Shown: positions 62,667-64,000 of the stretch, piece by piece
How positions within the stretch are numbered: position 1 is the stretch's first letter
How the letters are laid out: each line of letters starts with the position of its first letter
NCBI GenBank assembly: GCA_963750585.1
Contig: CAVVRH010000015.1
Span: 3,096-67,095 of the forward strand
Length of the DNA stretch: 64,000 bases
From: an uncultured beta proteobacterium
GTDB lineage: Bacteria; Pseudomonadota; Gammaproteobacteria; Burkholderiales; Casimicrobiaceae
Direction of reading: 5' to 3'
Program-made: the position numbers and the translations under genes
The notes under the pieces: model-generated
The model's database searches: none
What the model was told of the DNA's origin: nothing
The model's input: the letters and a program-made list of their open reading frames with translations, nothing else

Positions 62667-63051
62667 CTCGAGTGGGCGAGACTATTGTAGTCGGAGCGTC
62701 GCCTCGTAACCATGGCCGGGCAGCCGTACGGTCGTAAGCGCAATCCGGCACGTCGCGGGCGGATTGGCGCCGATTGCCCCCGACTCTCGCGGTTGTAGTA
62801 AACGGGCAGATCCTGAGTTCGCCCCTCCGCGACGACGATGGACGAGCAATGGTGGCATCCCTTCTCGACCGGACGCGGGTAATTCCGGCATCGACTCGGC
62901 CGCCAGGCAGTAGCAGAATGCCGTCTCACCCACGACGGCGAAGGAGCGGCAATCGTGCCGCGCTTGCCACGCATTTCCACCTGCCAAGGGATCGCCGTGT
63001 TGCCTTCGTTGCCGCTGCGCGCCGTGTCGAGCATCCGCAGTTCCGCTTCGG

Positions 63052-64000
63052 TTGCCTCCCGCGGGCAAACATGGGAGCAGACGCCGGCACGCACGATCGC
63101 ACATCGGCGCGATGCTCTTCCTTGGGTCGCTGTTTTTCGCAGGCGCGCTCGAGGCCACGGAATGGGCGAAGACGTACGGCGGCGCGGGCGCCGACAGCTT
63201 GAGTTCCATGCAACCGACCGCCGACGGTGGATACATCGTGGCAGGATCCACCACTTCGTTTGGCGCAGGCGGCTCCGATGCCTGGCTGATGAAACTCGCT
63301 GCCGACGGCAGCATCGTCTGGCAGAAGACCTATGGCGGGACCGAGAGCGACGGGGCGAGGAGCCGTCTACTTCGACGCTGGATGGTGGATTCGTCATGGC
63401 CGGAACAACCCAATCGTTCGGTGCAGGAAGCAATGACCTTTGGGTGCTGAAGCTCGATTCGAACGGAAACGTGGCGTGGCAGAAAACCTATGGCGGGACT
63501 GGCAATGAAACGGGGATCGACGCGAAGCCGACGGCGGATGGTGGATACGCCATCGGCAACGGACTGTCCCCATGGATTTTGAAGCTGGACGCAGTCGGGA
63601 GCATTGCCTGGCAACAGTATTTCGACTTCTTGTCCCCCAGGAACCCGACGGGTGTTCTCGGTACAGCAGGCTGCCGATGGCGGCTACATGCTGGTGGGAG
63701 GGGGGTACCCTCGCCCGCAAAATGGCTTCGGCTGGCTGGCCAAGCTCGACGCATCTGGAAACGTTGCCTGGTTGAGGCTCTACAGGACGGCGATTTACAC
63801 CCGGGCCAACCACCTCCAACCGACCGCCGACGGTGGATACATCATGGTTGGCGAGTCCGGTGGTGAGTTGTGCGCGCAGGGCTGGGTGACGAAGCTGGAC
63901 GCAGGCGGCAATGCCCTTTGGACAAGGGTCTACGACGGCATGCGCAGCGCCGGCTTCGTGCAAGAAATTGCAGGCGGCGGCTTCGTCGTGTCCGGCAATG
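63052..64000 (+). CDS. Secreted beta-propeller-like repeat protein (partial, frameshifted)
   Basis: Repeats 'W.KTYGG...D....PTADGGYI.AG...SFGAG..D.W..KLD..G...W'; continues past the window end. Confidence 0.75.

Overview
GC-rich betaproteobacterial-type chromosomal segment, mostly core genes: polA, LOG, thrB, uvrD, argA, yggX, yqgE-ruvX-pyrR-pyrB-pyrC', phoD-photolyase-transglutaminase, an EF-G paralogue, the Pil-Chp cluster pilG-H-I-J-chpA, ilvA, ppx/ppk1-sixA, Ser/Thr kinase-PP2C-dnaQ, yicC-gmk-rpoZ-spoT, amt, grxD, a sugar-type ABC cluster, MesD-like methionine synthase and cspA. Non-standard elements: (1) a ~3.2 kb accessory islet between a truncated and a complete copy of an AhpD-like peroxidase gene, carrying a probable periplasmic-domain/OmpW fusion; (2) a 117-bp tandem repeat array (3.7 copies) between pilJ and chpA; (3) a histone H1-like gene inside the ABC operon; (4) a decaying zinc-ribbon/TM gene paired with an orphan TAXI binding protein, both ending in the same C-x6-LG-x-C motif; (5) a catalase remnant with an internal deletion. 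Many single-base frameshifts, in clusters, suggest long-read consensus errors and/or local decay. No rRNA, tRNA, CRISPR array, integrase or transposase was recognised. All calls come from reading motifs by eye; no database searches were run.
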